Shown: positions 1 through 15,973, counted from the first letter of the stretch. The stretch is DNA of 64,000 nucleotides from the human T2T-CHM13v2.0 reference genome, Homo sapiens (GCF_009914755.1 NC_060925.1); one strand, 5' to 3'. The notes: generated by a model not told the origin, from the sequence alone. Made by a program: numbers and translations.

Positions 1-3000
1 ATCTCATGACACAGTGTGTGCTGAGGTATCACCTGGAGAGAAGCCTCCCTGCCTCCACTAAGCACATGAAAGCCAGGCTGGAGTAGCATCTCCCTGAGGG
101 AGTGTATGGGACCTCGTGACTCACTTTGAAACTACGTCCTGGGTAATCTCCAGTGTGGCTTCATCGTCCTGCTGGCCCAGAAAAAAAGATGGTCTAGCAG
201 GTCTTTCCTAGATCTAACTCTTCTGATGCCAGGCTTGGGAAAAGGGAGCTGCCCATCTTGTTTCCTGCACCCACACTTAGTGTCCGTTCCAGGGCCGTGG
301 CTGTGATTTGAATAATGCCTTTAACCACGGGGTTCATTTTACACAATCTCTGACAGATGAATGCACATTAACAGCAATCAGCCTTTTTGTCATCTTGTTC
401 TCATATGACAGTTCTCTGGTATCTTAATGCTACCACCACACTCAGACACATGCACACTTTCTCTCTCTGCTTATAGAATTGAGAGAGGTGAGAGTAGACA
501 TGCTATTGTGTAAATGCACAATTTTCTCCAAGGAAATGGAATACTTGGCAAATGTCACTGATCACCATCATGATTAGGTTAAGAACTAGAGCTCTTTGCC
601 AAGTAGCTGTAGGTGTAGAGAGAGCCATAGCCTATATTCAGCCGTGAGGCAATGGTTCCATGTACAGCCTGACATTGCCCACTGATTCGTTGGTGCTTGT
701 GCCAGGCTAGTGGGTAAAAACATTGAATAGCCCTCTCCTCCCACAATTAGCTTGTTGATTTTCACTAGGTTAGTGTGACAAGCTGGGAGGGACCCTCACC
801 CCAGATGAGAAGACCTGGGTTTCAGTCCTGGCTCTACCCTTCTTGGCCTGTGGTTCTAAGCATGTTATTTTGCCTCTCTCAGCTTCAACTGTGAAGAGTT
901 CAATTAGGTGATCACTTTAACTTTTCTAGCTCGGATACTCTGTGCCAGCTCTGGAACCATGCTTTTTGGTGTTTGTGTGTATATATAGGTCACCTGTATG
1001 TATTTAGGTCTTTGAGAATCTACTGGACTATCAAAAAAAAAAAAACCCACAAAAGACAGCCCCTGGAGTCTGAGTGGGTCACTATGTTGTTGTTTCCCAA
1101 TCTTCTAGAGCAGGAGGGGACCCTCTGAGGTCCAACATCTCTGAGGCAGCCATCCCAGCCTCCTCTCTCTCCCAGCCTGTCTGTAACTGGTGAATGGTGA
1201 TGTGTTTCCTGGCTGAGAACTGTGTTTACAGTAAGTCTCTGCCCTCCAGTGAACTTTTTAAGGGCAGGAGCCATCTTTGTAAGCCCAGCACTTGCCTGGG
1301 CACCAGACACATGTAGTATGTTTTCAGTAATCGTGGCTGTTCACTAGCTGCTTGATTGAACATTATTTGTGTGTAATAATGTCATTAAATTATGAGAAAA
1401 TAAATACTTAGCAATTGGATCAAATGAAGTCTAGTTTGTTACCTTTATCATGTTGTCCTCCCTCTTTTTCTTCCTGTCAATCTGCCAGTTTAAAAGGAAA
1501 AAAAAAAAGGATGAGATCCTTTCTCAAATATAGGAAGGCTTCCATAAAAATTGCTAATTCCATAGTATTAATTGTAGGATTTGTTCAGGTGACTGTAATC
1601 TTCAGGTGCATTATACTAGTGTAGGCAGTGGCCAAATATATTCAACTTTCATTGAGTTGTAAAAAACATCTTTTTGGTTATAATAACAAATATCTAAAAA
1701 TGCTGTCATCTTGAACTGACGCCAACAGATAATGAATCTCAAATTCTTTATGAATCTTAGGTTGAATTTGTGATGTAAACCCAGTTACTAAGATAATTAG
1801 CTGTACTTTGATGTCTCTCAACCAGTACATTTTCTTCAACTCGCATCTAGGCTCAAGTAATTATCTTTTCCATGTATATGTAATGATTAGTTATTATAAT
1901 ACTGGAATCACGCTATAGCACCATTTGCTAGGGAGTGGAATCCTGAATAAGAAAGACTAGTCTTGAACTTCATCCAAGGGATTTTTCTAATAAAGGACCC
2001 AAAGAGCTTCAGTTTTATATAGTTTCTCTTATGAACCAATAACTTTCTTGGGATCCCCTAAGGCAGCATTCTAAAAAGGCTCCATCATTTTCATTAACAA
2101 ATATTCATTGTGTGTCTACCATGTTCAAGGATCTGCATAGGTTACATAAGGATATTAGATATGAACCCTTCCCTGCAAAATTATTCTTTGTCACTGTATG
2201 CACACATAGGTCTATTACAGGTTTTATAAGATTGCATTGTAGTTATTTATCTCTTTCCCCCATAGTTTGTTAGCTTTAGGGGGCAGGGACCATGTCTTCC
2301 CTCAAATCTTATTTCATCTGTTTGGAAAAGTAGAAGACCAGAGGGAGCAAACTGATGTAAGTAGTTACACACTAAGGTGATAATGAGAACAGCTAATAGT
2401 AATAGCTAACACTGATGTGGAGTACCTGCTATTGCCCAGGCCTTGTTTGATGCATGTTTACACTTAACAAATCCTCACAACTGTCCTATTAGGTAGATAC
2501 CATTCTTATGATTGTTCAAAAGCAGATTGAGCAACTTGCCTGAATCTCACATCCTATCAGTGGTGAAGTCAAGGTTCGAACCTTGTCTTACTTAAATCCC
2601 AAGCAGGTTCTTTCCACTGCTCTGTTGCTGTGTGTGTGACTGATCTTTTTGGACCCCTTTGGATAATAATCACTCCATAGGAAATGCCTAATTAATTAAG
2701 CCAGAGTCTTTAACTCCTAACCTGTACTCTGTCATGGGTGTATTACATCACAGGGAAACTATGTTCCTGCCCAAACAGTAGTGCTGGTTACTATGGAAAC
2801 ACAGAAGTCAGATCGAATTAAGAAAAGGAGGCACTCAGAATTATAGAACCAGAATTTAGGAGACTTAAAAAGTGATTTGGCCTGATCCTCTAATTGATTA
2901 GATGTGGCAACAGGATAAGAGAAGTCCAGTGACTGTCCCTAGGACCCCCAGGTAGTTACTGGCAGCCAGGGTGTGAATCTAGGCCCTAAACTTCATCCAG

Positions 3001-4019
3001 TCTTCTTTCCACCGTGCTGTGTTTCTTGGCCTTCTTTATTTTCTGCTACTTTAAAAACAGGCCTATTAGGAATTGTGCACATGGGAGGATTTATTACTGC
3101 TTCAATTTTGAAATGCACGTTCCTATATCCATAGGTTATACCTGAAGGAGAGAGATAGCTTTATTTTCAGTAGTATCCCATTCTATCTAGAAGCATGGAG
3201 AACTTGTCAAACTGAGTTTATGTGGCCTTTGCAATTTTTTTTTGAGTCACCGCTGCTATTAGGTGCTTGAATAATGCTGCATGAATAATGGTGAAGCTTG
3301 CAGGCTTTGTGATACGCCTACTGATAATTCTAGTAGGGATAGGAAATGAATGTCAGTACAAATTTCTCCTCTACTTTAGCATTCCTGAGGAAGGGTTTCA
3401 AAGATGCCATATCCATTTCCACATATCAAAAGGAGAAAGGACCACTGTGATAATTATTCCTGACTCTGTTTTCTCTTTTTGGCACAGTTCCAGGAAGACC
3501 TACCTCTAAACCAGTTCCCATATAACATTCCTTGCCAGGAGCTTTTAGAATGATAAAGTGGCTGTGAATTTCCATGGAGGACTTGACATTTGCACTCAAC
3601 AGATTAAGGAAAGAGAAGGTCCTATATCAAAGATGCGCTTACCCCATTCAGTGGTCTTACAAAAGCATACAGAGCAAGCCCTTTATTCCCTTCCTCTGTG
3701 GAAAGCAAAGAACTTCCTGGCAGTGGACAGTGAAAGACTGATTTCATCATTTGGAGTTACAGACCATGGGACTGCAGGTAGAAGAGTTGGATTTTATTTA
3801 TCACTGGACTAGGTGGCCTTGGAGGGAAATAAGCCAACTTCTCTGAGCCTTAGTGTTCACCTTTAAGGTGGAGACCAATTTTAGTAATCTAAAAGCATTA
3901 TGTAGTTCTTTCCCTAAATGGAGGAAATGACTTTTTTCCCCACATCAACTATGAGAATGAAAAATGAAGCAGATACAGATGACTTTCCTATATCTTTGCT
4001 TTCTCACCTTCTCACTTTC

Positions 4020-4503
4020 TGTGTTAGTCTAGGTCCTGTGAGAAGCAGATGCCAAGACAGTGTTAAACGCCTGTGGGAGAAAAGGGGGAAGCATCTGAGA
4101 AAGGCTGGGAGGACTGTCAGGCTGCAGAGAGGCCTGCCCCTGAGTGCAAGAGAGAGGGGAAGAAGGAAGGAAGGCAGGTAGGAAGGAAGGAAGGAAGGAA
4201 GGAAGGAAGGAAGAAAGAAAGGAAGGAAGGATAGCAAAAGGCTCTTAGACTGCAGTGCAGTCTGAGGAAGGCTTGGCAAGGTTTCAGGGTGTCCAGAAGC
4301 CAAAGTTGTCTGTCGGGATCCCCACATCTCCCAGGGACGGGCCTGCCTTAGTATCCCTCCATTCTCAGTCACTGGCTGGAGCAGTCTGTGGAAAGCATAA
4401 CTCCTGAACCAACACGATGATGAATTTCAGAGTGCAGCAGCTGGGTCCCTTGGGTGCACCTCCCTGTGACTGGAGGTCTGTGGTGTACACTCTATGATCA
4501 CAC
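4020..4503. mobile_element. Old MLT1-type LTR with embedded (GGAA)n
   Basis: tgtgttagtctaggtcctgtgagaagcagatgccaagac...ends cacaca; subfamily and orientation uncertain. Confidence 0.6.
4158..4231. repeat. (GGAA)n microsatellite, interrupted
   Basis: ggaaggaagg... run. Confidence 0.95.
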
Positions 4504-5990
4504 CTTTCTTTCTCACTCCAGAAAATGTTTACTAATCGAGATATGAAGTTGAGCCTTCCTTCAAGTTAACCTACTCCCTCTATCTCGCTGACTTTTAAAA
4601 ATACCCTAGAGTAAGGAATTCATAAACAAAGAGAAGAGGGGAAGGGAGGAGATGGCACAGAGAGAGAGACAGGTTAATAAACTCTAGTTTAGAGACCTCC
4701 TAAAAGGCTCAGCAGTGCCATAGGTGTCCTTAGCAGACGCGGAGGGCACAGGAGTAAGAGAAAGGAGTTACACATATCCACATATAGAATTTGGGCATGG
4801 CAGAATGCTAGACAGTTGCCCCTAGGACTAATTAATCTGCTCCACCAGGCACTCCCTCCCCACTCACAATTTTTTCTCCATTTGCTTTGTTTCTGGAGTG
4901 AGTGAAGAGGCAGATCCTTGTCTCCTTGAGCATTTAGCGTATTGGCCTCACCACTGCTGCTGCTGCTGCTAGTGCTCCTGCTCCAGCGGGAGCCCTGCCT
5001 GAGCCTGGAGTCATAGTGGAAGGAGGTTGAAGACCAGCCCTGCTGGTGCCCAGTCCTGTGGGTTCCCTGGGCTGTTTTTAGTAAATAAGCCTGTGAAGGG
5101 CCCCCTTACCCCAGAAGGCACTCAGAGAGGTGCTGACAGCTTTAGAGGTGTGTGTCCCCTCCTTTTCTCCTCTCTTTCTCCTCCTGTTTCCTTCCAATCC
5201 CATCTGAACTGAAAATGTCCTCATTTCCTGGCATATCATGGAGACCACAGCTGATCCTGAACAGTGAGTAGCAAGACTGAAATTTCCCTCACACAGCTAC
5301 CAAGACTCCAAGTCTTTATTTTCAAGGATTTCTTTTTTTTAAAGGAAAAATAAAAGACTTCAAAGACAGTTAAACTGAGTTTGGCTGTAGTTATTGTTCA
5401 GTAATACATTCTGTCCTATCTATTTTTGAAGCCAACTTTGATTTATAATCCCATAGGTTTGGGAAATTTGTTTTTCTTTCTATTTTTCTGCTCATTTCAA
5501 ATTTTTTTTTTCTGATTGTTTTTCCTTAGAAGAGTATTTCCATATAGAAAAGTGAGGAGGAGCTGGTTTGTTTGTGTTGTTTTGTTTTTTTCTTTGAAAT
5601 ACTTGCAAAACATAGGCAATAAGAGACACAATTTCAGACCAGGAGACAGGAAGAATCAAATTGTTCTTGAATTAAGACATTGGTGACAATCATAAAGTCA
5701 TGTGAGATATGTGAAGCGGGGCCTCCCTCTAAGTTAAGCCATTCATTGTATTGCATTGCCTATGAATTGTGCCAGAGTAGTGGAGTCAGCACTAGTCCAA
5801 ACATCAGGAGAATTTGTTTTTACTCTTGGCTGGGCGGCTAACAAGGAGTGACACCTTGCTTGAGTGACTACACTCCTCAGGGTATTATTTGAAAGAGGTG
5901 CGGTGGGGGAGGGGTGGAGACCCTTTAGTTCTAAAGTTCTTGGACTATCATTCAGGCTGTGAGGAGATTGGGTTAAAAAGCTCCAACAGT

Positions 5991-6340
<350 letters not shown>

Positions 6341-7719
6341 TTACTCCCCAAACCCATTGAGTTATCTTGATGATTTCCTGATCTCTTCATAGATTTAATA
6401 ATTTTCATCCAAGGATGAAGGTCTGTAAAGTGACAGGACTAGATTTTAATGAGCTCTTCAGAAAAGGAAAATTAGTAAGTTGGTGAAAAGATCTTTGTGG
6501 TTTTCTCCCTTTTCAGGACATTCTATATGGGTGCTGGGACCTCTTTTAAAAGTAAAGTATGTTTTGGCTTCTGTAGATCCTGCTAATGCTCATTCTTATT
6601 AAATTAACCCAAGGGGCCCTGGGAGCCTGGTTTCTCTGTCCTCCTATTCACATCTGCCAGAGAAAGAAAATAGTTCTGTATTATTTTGCCTCATTATTCT
6701 TTCCTTTTAATGAATGTCTTAGTTACATTCTATAGAATTGCTGAGAAGAGTCTTGCCCAGCTTAGCTTTGATGATGGAGGCGCATCGCAAGCCTTGGAAG
6801 AAACATGAACTGGCGCCCGATGCATCCTCTCCCTCAGTGTTGCCACCAGTATGAGTGGAAATAGAGTCACAGGTCACAAAAACTGTCCACTGTTACTGGG
6901 GCTCAGCCTAGACTCCACTTAGGATTTGATATTCCCCAAAGAGAGGAATTGATTGGGTAGAGTTGGGTCTTTTTACCATAGAGCTCAATGATTGGGTGAT
7001 TTAATGACAGCCCCTTGCTGGCTCCCCATGGTCAGTCAGGTGGGGATCCCAACCCCAGACAGTCATGGGCAGATTAGCACAGTTGGCTTCCTCAGATGCA
7101 TGCAGCATAAACCAAATCACCCTCGTTCAGACCCTCTTTGGGGCTGCTTTCCTCAGAAGGGAACAGGACATGTGGCTGGTTGGGGTTTCACAGCCTCTTT
7201 GATGTATTGGGTCATTGGCTCCTCTCAGTCACTTTGCAAATCACACCAGAGCTGCAAGGACTGTTGGGAGCAGACTGTCCTGATGGTAAGAGCATGAGAG
7301 AAGTGAAGATGCATTCTCTCAGGAGCAAAGCAGGTCTGCTGATGCCCCACCAAGTGTTTATGCCACCGCAGCCACTTCCTGAGTATGCTGAGGTGGGCCC
7401 TGGCCTGAGACAGTGGTTAACGGGACCGTGGTCAGTTGGCTTTCTTTGAAATGTCAGGGGACCTCCCTGTGCCAGGCCTGAGACTCCAGAGGAGTGTGTG
7501 GTGTGTGAAAGAGAGCTTCCGGTTGAGGATTTCAGTCCAGTCTTTCTTTGGTGTATAGCAGTGGCTCTCAACCCCAGGGTCACATCAGAACCACTTGAAA
7601 TGTTTGTTAAAGCTACAGATTATGGGGCGTCACCTCTGACCCACTGTATTCATGTCTCTCAAGAGGTGGAGCCGAGGCAACTGTAGTTTAAAAAGAAAAA
7701 AAAACATGATAGATATAGG

Positions 7720-8905
7720 AACCAGACTTTTGCTTCTGGGAAGACCAAGTAGATGCACTTTACCCTATTCCTCCTGCTAAGTACAGCTGAAAACCCTAGA
7801 CATTTTATATAAAATCAACATCAGAAGATTTTGAGAGGTGGAGAGAGGGCAGCCTGGCTAGGAACTTAGGGACTCACAAATTACATAGTTGTGAATTCCC
7901 TGGGTTTCTTTTCACCTCATATATCCCAGATGCAGAGCTGAAGAAGCTGGCAACTCACACATGCCAGTGGGAACAGGCATAAAAGCCCCAACAAAAGCCT
8001 GCTCTCTCCAGCCAAAGAAGAGAAAAGGGGCAACATAACAAGGCAGAAAACTGTCCACAATAACCACTCTCTTCCAGCCAAACAATTCACGGAAGACCGT
8101 CCTCACTGGCACCCAGGCCCCCGTGGCTGAGCCGGAGCCCAGGCTTCCACCCTTGCTGGGCTGTAATGAGGTGCCCCAACACCCCCTCCAGGTGGTGCCA
8201 CAGAAGGCTGAGAAGGGTGCCAGGCTCATCTTCCCTGCCAGCTGGTAATGAGTGTACCACACCACCCTTCTTGCTCCCGTTTCCCATGTGGTGTCTGTGG
8301 AGAAGCTACACTTCCACCACTGACCTGCAGTCATGAAGCCACTGACTATGCATGTTGTCAGCGGATGCCATGTGGGAACTCCAAGGCACTCCTACCCCTA
8401 CAAACCAGGGTGGTGTAATTGGAAGCCCAGTGGGGACCTAGAACTCCCACCCACACCCAGCAGTAATGAGGATCAGCAGAGGCAGAGTGGGAACCCAGCC
8501 TTAACTCCCTTCTGGGGGTAATAAGGTGGCATCCTACTCCTTCCCCTATTTAGTGTCACAGTAAGACAGTGAATGCAGAAAGCTTAAATAACATCTAGAG
8601 TCTTACAATACTCAAAATGTCTAGGCTTCAGTTGAAAATCACTCACTATACCAGGAATGAGGAAAATCTCAACTTCTGTAAAAAAAAGACAATCAACTGG
8701 TGCTAACACCAAGATAACAGAGATGTTAGAATTATCTGAGAAAGATTTTGAGAGAGCCATCACAACAATGCTTCCACGAGCAGCTACAAAAACTTTTAAA
8801 ACAAATGAAAAAGCAGAGTGTCAGCAAAGAAAAAGAAATAACCAAATAGAGATATTAGAACTGAAAAATATAATAGCTAAAATAAACTCAGTAGATGGAC
8901 TCCAC
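7720..8905 (+). mobile_element. Old L1M 5'UTR / ORF1 N-terminal remnant
   Basis: L1M-type 5' start (acttttgcttctgggaagac); ORF 8657..8983 ITEMLELSEKDFERAITTML...NQIEILELKNII resembles the L1 ORF1p N-terminus/coiled coil. Confidence 0.7.
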
Positions 8906-9233
8906 ACCTTCATAAACATTGCTAACTGCGTTAAATTAAAAGTGCAGGTAGAATATGTGGTCACGGCTATAGATGTGACTTAATTTAATATTTATGTCAT
9001 AAAGATTTTGCCCTGAGATCAAACCATCTTTTAAGCATATTATTATATTTTGCTGTTTGAAGGACTACTATGGAGAACAATGATATTGGATGTTTACAAT
9101 ATGCATGCAGATATTTGGACTTTAACTCTGAAGAATTTCAGTGCATCAGTTGGAAAGCAGCCTAATGTGTGCTCATTATGAGGTCATTAAAAAAACTGCT
9201 ATAAACCAATCTGCTGGATTAAGAGGAGTGTCA

Positions 9234-9297
9234 TGGCTGGAACATTAAAAGGCTGTGTCTCTATGTGGCTGGAACATTAAAAGGCTGTGTCTCTATG
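9234..9297. repeat. Perfect 32-bp tandem duplication
   Basis: tggctggaacattaaaaggctgtgtctctatg x2. Confidence 0.97.
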
Positions 9298-10618
9298 CCA
9301 TGCAGATCAGGGATCCAGTTCATTTTACCAGGTTTTGGGGGGATCACTGGTAAGTAGGATACATACAAAGAAAATTCACTATGGTAGCAGGTAGTCTGGA
9401 AGACTTGTCTAGTGAGGGATGTTTACAAAACCTGGGATTATTTAGTATAAAGATGTTCTGGACTTGCTCTGTTTATGTATTTGAAGGGGTTCTTGCTTAG
9501 AAAAGAGATTAGTCTCCTTCTGTGTTGCTCCAAATAGGTAATTCGTATATTAAAATTTTATAGGGTAGTCAGTAGCAATTATAGGAAGGTATCTTTTTAA
9601 AAAAATATTTAGTTTTTGGCTGTAACTGAAGTTTTGTTGTCTATAAAACAGTGTTTGATATTGGATGTTTTTAAACCAGTCTAAAATCCACCTCTATGGA
9701 TCATATTGGTGTTTAATCAAAATTCAGGGATTAAATGTGGTGTGTGTGTGTGTGTGTCTGTGTGTGCACGCGCACATACGTAGTATGGTATTTGGGTAAA
9801 GCTGCTGACAGTGCTTCTTCCTAATGTCACTGTAAGAGCCTGGACATGATCTCCCCTAGTCCCGGTGGGGGCTTAACAACCTCCAAAGCCCAGTATGTTT
9901 AGAGAGTGGCCACCCTGTGCATTATCTCTGAGAAATCCATATAGCTAAAAGCATTCAATTAATCCACTGTATACCCCTTGCGCTTTCCCCCCTCTTGAGT
10001 CCTTCTTTCATGGATGAATGTGTTCTTCCCTAATTTCCCTGGACAGCAAAGTCTCTCTGACAAAGGCGGATGAAGGTAGAGCAGGATTCTCTGTCCTTGC
10101 ACCTGGAGGTTGAGCCTGAGAGGGTGTAGTTGGCCGCTGACCCTAATGGCCCCCCACACTGGGGTGCTTCTCACCTCAGCAAGCACTACGATTGAATCCA
10201 CTCTCCTCCAACTCCTCATTCCTAGCTTAGAGGGTTTCTTTTGTGTTCACCGTAAGTTAGGTTTACAGCCAGAATGAATAGCCTCTTAGGGGTCACTCTG
10301 CAAATGTACCAATTAACCTACCTAGCTTGTCTGGAGCTTCACATTACGTCCCCACTTCACCCCGAGTTCCCTAAGGACTTCTTGGCTTTTGCCTACCCTC
10401 TGAGCCCTGGAGAGGCACTCTCCTAAAGTGCTTGGAGGAAACTGATCAGACTAGACACTTGATATTTTGCACTCGTCGTTTTGGAGCAATCAACTCCAGG
10501 CCTCTTAGAGGGAAAAAGTCAGGTCAGGAGCAAAATGCATGTGTTTGCATAAGTATGCATAGCTCAGTGTGTGCCCTGGTCCTGTAACTGAGGACAAGCC
10601 TAACTTATTCATTTACAG

Positions 10619-10692
10619 CTTCTTTTATTGCAGAAAAAGGAATGGACGTGGGATGAGAGCAAGATGCTGGTGATGCAGGACCCCATCTACAG
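10619..10692 (+). CDS. NOS1AP: NOS1AP/CAPON internal coding exon (PTB domain): [25 protein letters not shown]; alternative acceptor at 10634 removes LLLLQ
   Basis: Acceptor tttacag|CTT (AG 10617-10618) and second acceptor ttgcag|AAA (AG 10632-10633); donor AG|gtaaga at 10693; 74 nt, phase 0 to phase 2; peptide recognised as NOS1AP and joins the next exon in frame (AG|G = Arg). Confidence 0.96.
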
Positions 10693-11146
10693 GTAAGAGC
10701 CCAGTCCAGCACCCAAGATATCACTGAGCCCCAGAGTCCTCCTGCCCCCTACAGCCACCTGTCAGGCTGGTGGATCCAGGCAAATTTAAATAAACTTCTA
10801 TGCTTTTCCCTCCTGAGACCTGTTGCTTCCATTAGATGTGAGTTCAAGAAGTAAATCTGCCTTATCATTCTGGTCATGCTTGATTGCATTAAGGAAGCTA
10901 TGAAGTATATCTGCTTGATGTTTAATTTAAACCTCTCGGTTGTAATTGGAGACCTTTTAAATTTGTGCTAGTGTTGTCCCAATTGAAATTCTAAAATTGC
11001 ATATATTGATCAAAATAAGAAAACTGGATTATTCCATCACCCTATGCTAACAATTTCCCACAGTTATCTCTTCCACCTCTCTACCCCTTCAGAAACTGAG
11101 CATAGTAATAAGAGCTTTCATGCAGTAATCGAAAGTCACAAATGTG

Positions 11147-11502
11147 TCTACAGGTCTGAATGCTTTTGTCTCCCCAAAATTTGTATGTTGAAATCCTAAC
11201 CCCCAAGATGATGGAGTTAGGAGTTGAGACCTTTGGGGGTGATTAAGTCATGAGGGTGGGGCCCTCATGTTTGGGATTAGTGACCTTATTTTATAAAAAG
11301 AGGCCCCAGAAAACCAGCTAGCCCCATGGTGATGTCCTTCCCCTATGGGAAGACACAGCTAGAAGGTGGGCCCTCACTAGATGCCGAATCTGCCAGCACC
11401 TTAATCTTAAACTTCCCAGACTCCAGGACTGTGAAAAATAAACTATTATTTATAAGCCAGCCAGTTTCTGGTATTTTATTATAGCAGACCGAACCAACAC
11501 AC
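11147..11502 (+). mobile_element. MLT1A/MST-type MaLR LTR
   Basis: tgttgaaatcctaacccccaa, gtcatgagggtggggccctcatg, aatctgccagcaccttaatctt, ttattatagcag. Confidence 0.82.
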
Positions 11503-12631
11503 AACCAGAAATTGCTTTTACAAGGAGACTGGTATGATTCCTCTAGAGATTAGATGGCTGCCAACCATGTGTATTGTCCTGGGCAGAAGAATATATCAGA
11601 TAGCAAGAACATATAGAAAGCCAGGCTCTCCCAGGAACCATGACAGGAGCTCGAGTCATGGGTGTCATTCTTGTGTCCTGGATCTCGGCAGACTAAGCCC
11701 CACTTCCTTCCTGTTTTCCTCATTGGGAGAATGGCCATTCCTTTAGGAATTTGGGGACGTAGATTTAGGTTTTGATTTTGTCCGCTCTCAAATTATTGCC
11801 ATGCTTTTGTTGACAAAGTGGATAAGGGTTGGAACTCAACGTGTGAAGTTGGCAGCATGGTGGCCCTGCCTTTTAAAGAGCAGATGCTTGTGAAATGGAA
11901 TGTCCATTCATCCAAACAATGTGCAGGTGTGAAATACTCATGCCAGGTACTGTGCTAGGTAATTTCATAGATTACTAAACTAAATGAGTTGCAGTCCCTT
12001 GTTCTCAGGGAGTTTTAGACTAGTGGGAAATGGACAAGTTACTGAGGTATAAGATAGTATGTCTGACAAAATGAATTTCTGCCTCTGTGTTCCTGTAGTA
12101 CTGTTTAATGTTTTTTTGAAATACTTGTTATAGTGTTTCTGTTACTTTTTTAAAAAACAAATGTCAATTTTTTGCCACTAGCCTGTTAGGCTCTTGAGGG
12201 AAAAATCTATGCCCTTCTACTCACTTTTGTATATCTAGCGCTAAACCTGCATCTGGCCCAAATGAAGCACTTAATAAATGTGCAATGGGTGGATGGATAA
12301 ATGCATTGAATTAATATCTGAAAATTAACATAAGTGTTATGGTGATTCATCGAAGGGAACAATTATCTTCTACTTGAGTGATGAGAAAAGGCTTTAAGAA
12401 ACAGATTGCATCAGAAGCTGGCTTGAAGAATGTGAATGGGCAGGCACCTATGATATGCATTTTGTAAAAGGAAGAGTTTCTTGGCTTTATTTTCTTAATG
12501 CTGGCACCATATATGGAAAAAAGTGACTTCCTTATGGATGCTGATCATGAGTGAGTTCTGCCTTTTGCTGGTTGAAAGAAAGGACTTTCCCCAAAGTTTT
12601 CACATGTCCCAAGTAAGCTGCTGACTTTGCT

Positions 12632-14450
<1,819 letters not shown>

Positions 14451-14764
14451 TTTTTTATTCAATTAGTATTAGTATCGTATGTCTTTTTCCATCCATTCAC
14501 TTTTAGGAAGAAATATTAGAGGGAATGGGGAATGCCAAATACATTTTAAATGTTAAATGAATTTTTCTTTGGCCTCAAAACTCACACAGTAGGCTCTCTG
14601 ATTGTTGATAGTCTTGTGGATGTCTTTCTAGTCTATCAAAATTTAGCAACTTGTGTTTAAAAACAAAGAAATAAACTTTAGTCCCTGTGTTTTCGGTGTC
14701 CTGGGTACTTTTTTTCATGTATTAAATTGTGATGTTTTGGTCTGTGTACATGTGAATTTTTATA

Positions 14765-14766
<2 letters not shown>

Positions 14767-14800
<34 letters not shown>
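14767..14800. repeat. (TG)17 microsatellite
   Basis: Uninterrupted TG run. Confidence 0.97.
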
Positions 14801-14804
<4 letters not shown>

Positions 14805-15099
14805 AGGACTTTTTTCTAAAATATATATGGTCCATTTTATCATGAACAAGGTTATTTATTATGATAATATGGTAACATTTACAAATGAGCTTTTCATGGG
14901 TACAGTTATTTTTCTGCCCTGAAGGGACCACTCTGGTTTGATTCACTAGCTCTGCTGAAGAATACATACAATTGTTTGTGGCTTTATGAAACGCTGGCTT
15001 ACTGAAGTGTTCATTTTAGACGAATGAATTTTTAATTTTTTATTAAGTCAAATTTTTTATTTAAATCTTTTGCATTATTCACATAGAATAACAGAATCA

Positions 15100-15320
15100 T
15101 ATATTTTTTAATTGTGGTGAAATAAATATATATAACATAAATTTTGCCATTTTAACCATTTTTTAAGCATGCAAATCAGGGGCATTAATTACATTGGTAG
15201 TCCTGTGCACCCATCACCACTGTTTCCAAAACTTTTTTATCACTCCAAACAGAAACTCTGTGCCCGTTAAGTAGTAACTTGCCATCACCCCCTTTTTTTA
15301 GCCCCGGTCACCTCTAACAT
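15100..15320 (-). mobile_element. L1MB-type 3' end fragment
   Basis: ttgtggtgaaata...ataacataaattttgccattttaaccatt...ccatcaccac...aaacagaaactctgtgcccgttaag. Confidence 0.7.
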
Positions 15321-15973
15321 CATGGAATCTGAAGAGGTTAACAACACTATGGTGGACATCTAAACCAATTCCTCCTATTTTTTTTTTTTCAGTTTATCCT
15401 TTATTACAGTATACCTCTTTATCACAGGAAGTGATTCGCTATTACAGTGTTCTTCATTAAACGAAAGTAAATTTTTTTAATGTATAATTGTTTTCCATTT
15501 ATCCTAGCTCTTATCTCTGGAGCCACAAATATATAGATCTTTTTCTCTTTTAAGTTAACCCAAGTTCCTGAAGCCATTCTTATGGTATTTTTCTAGACTT
15601 CTTAATTTCAGAAAACAGTATTTCCTCTTTAAAATATTAGCGTTTAATAGAATATCCCAGATATTCTGTCTTATCAGTGTAAAATGTGGAAGACATATTT
15701 TTACCCCCACAATATGAAGTTATACATTCATTTTGTATGAATTAGATCCAGTGTAATTTATTTGCTTAGCAAACTGTGATTGGTCCTAGGTCATAGTGGA
15801 GTTGGAGTTCAAACTCCTCGGGATAATAACAGTAATTGTTTTTAATTCAGGTTTTACTCATTCTTTATTTCTATAGGTTTCTTTGTTTTTTAGCCTAAAT
15901 ATAAAACTTTACATATATTAATGTTCAATTAAATGTAATTGATTTGAGACTATTCTTCAGTTTTTGAATCCTT

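Noticed and set aside
8657-8983. 108-aa coiled-coil-like ORF as a novel gene
   Set aside because: Decayed L1 ORF1 remnant
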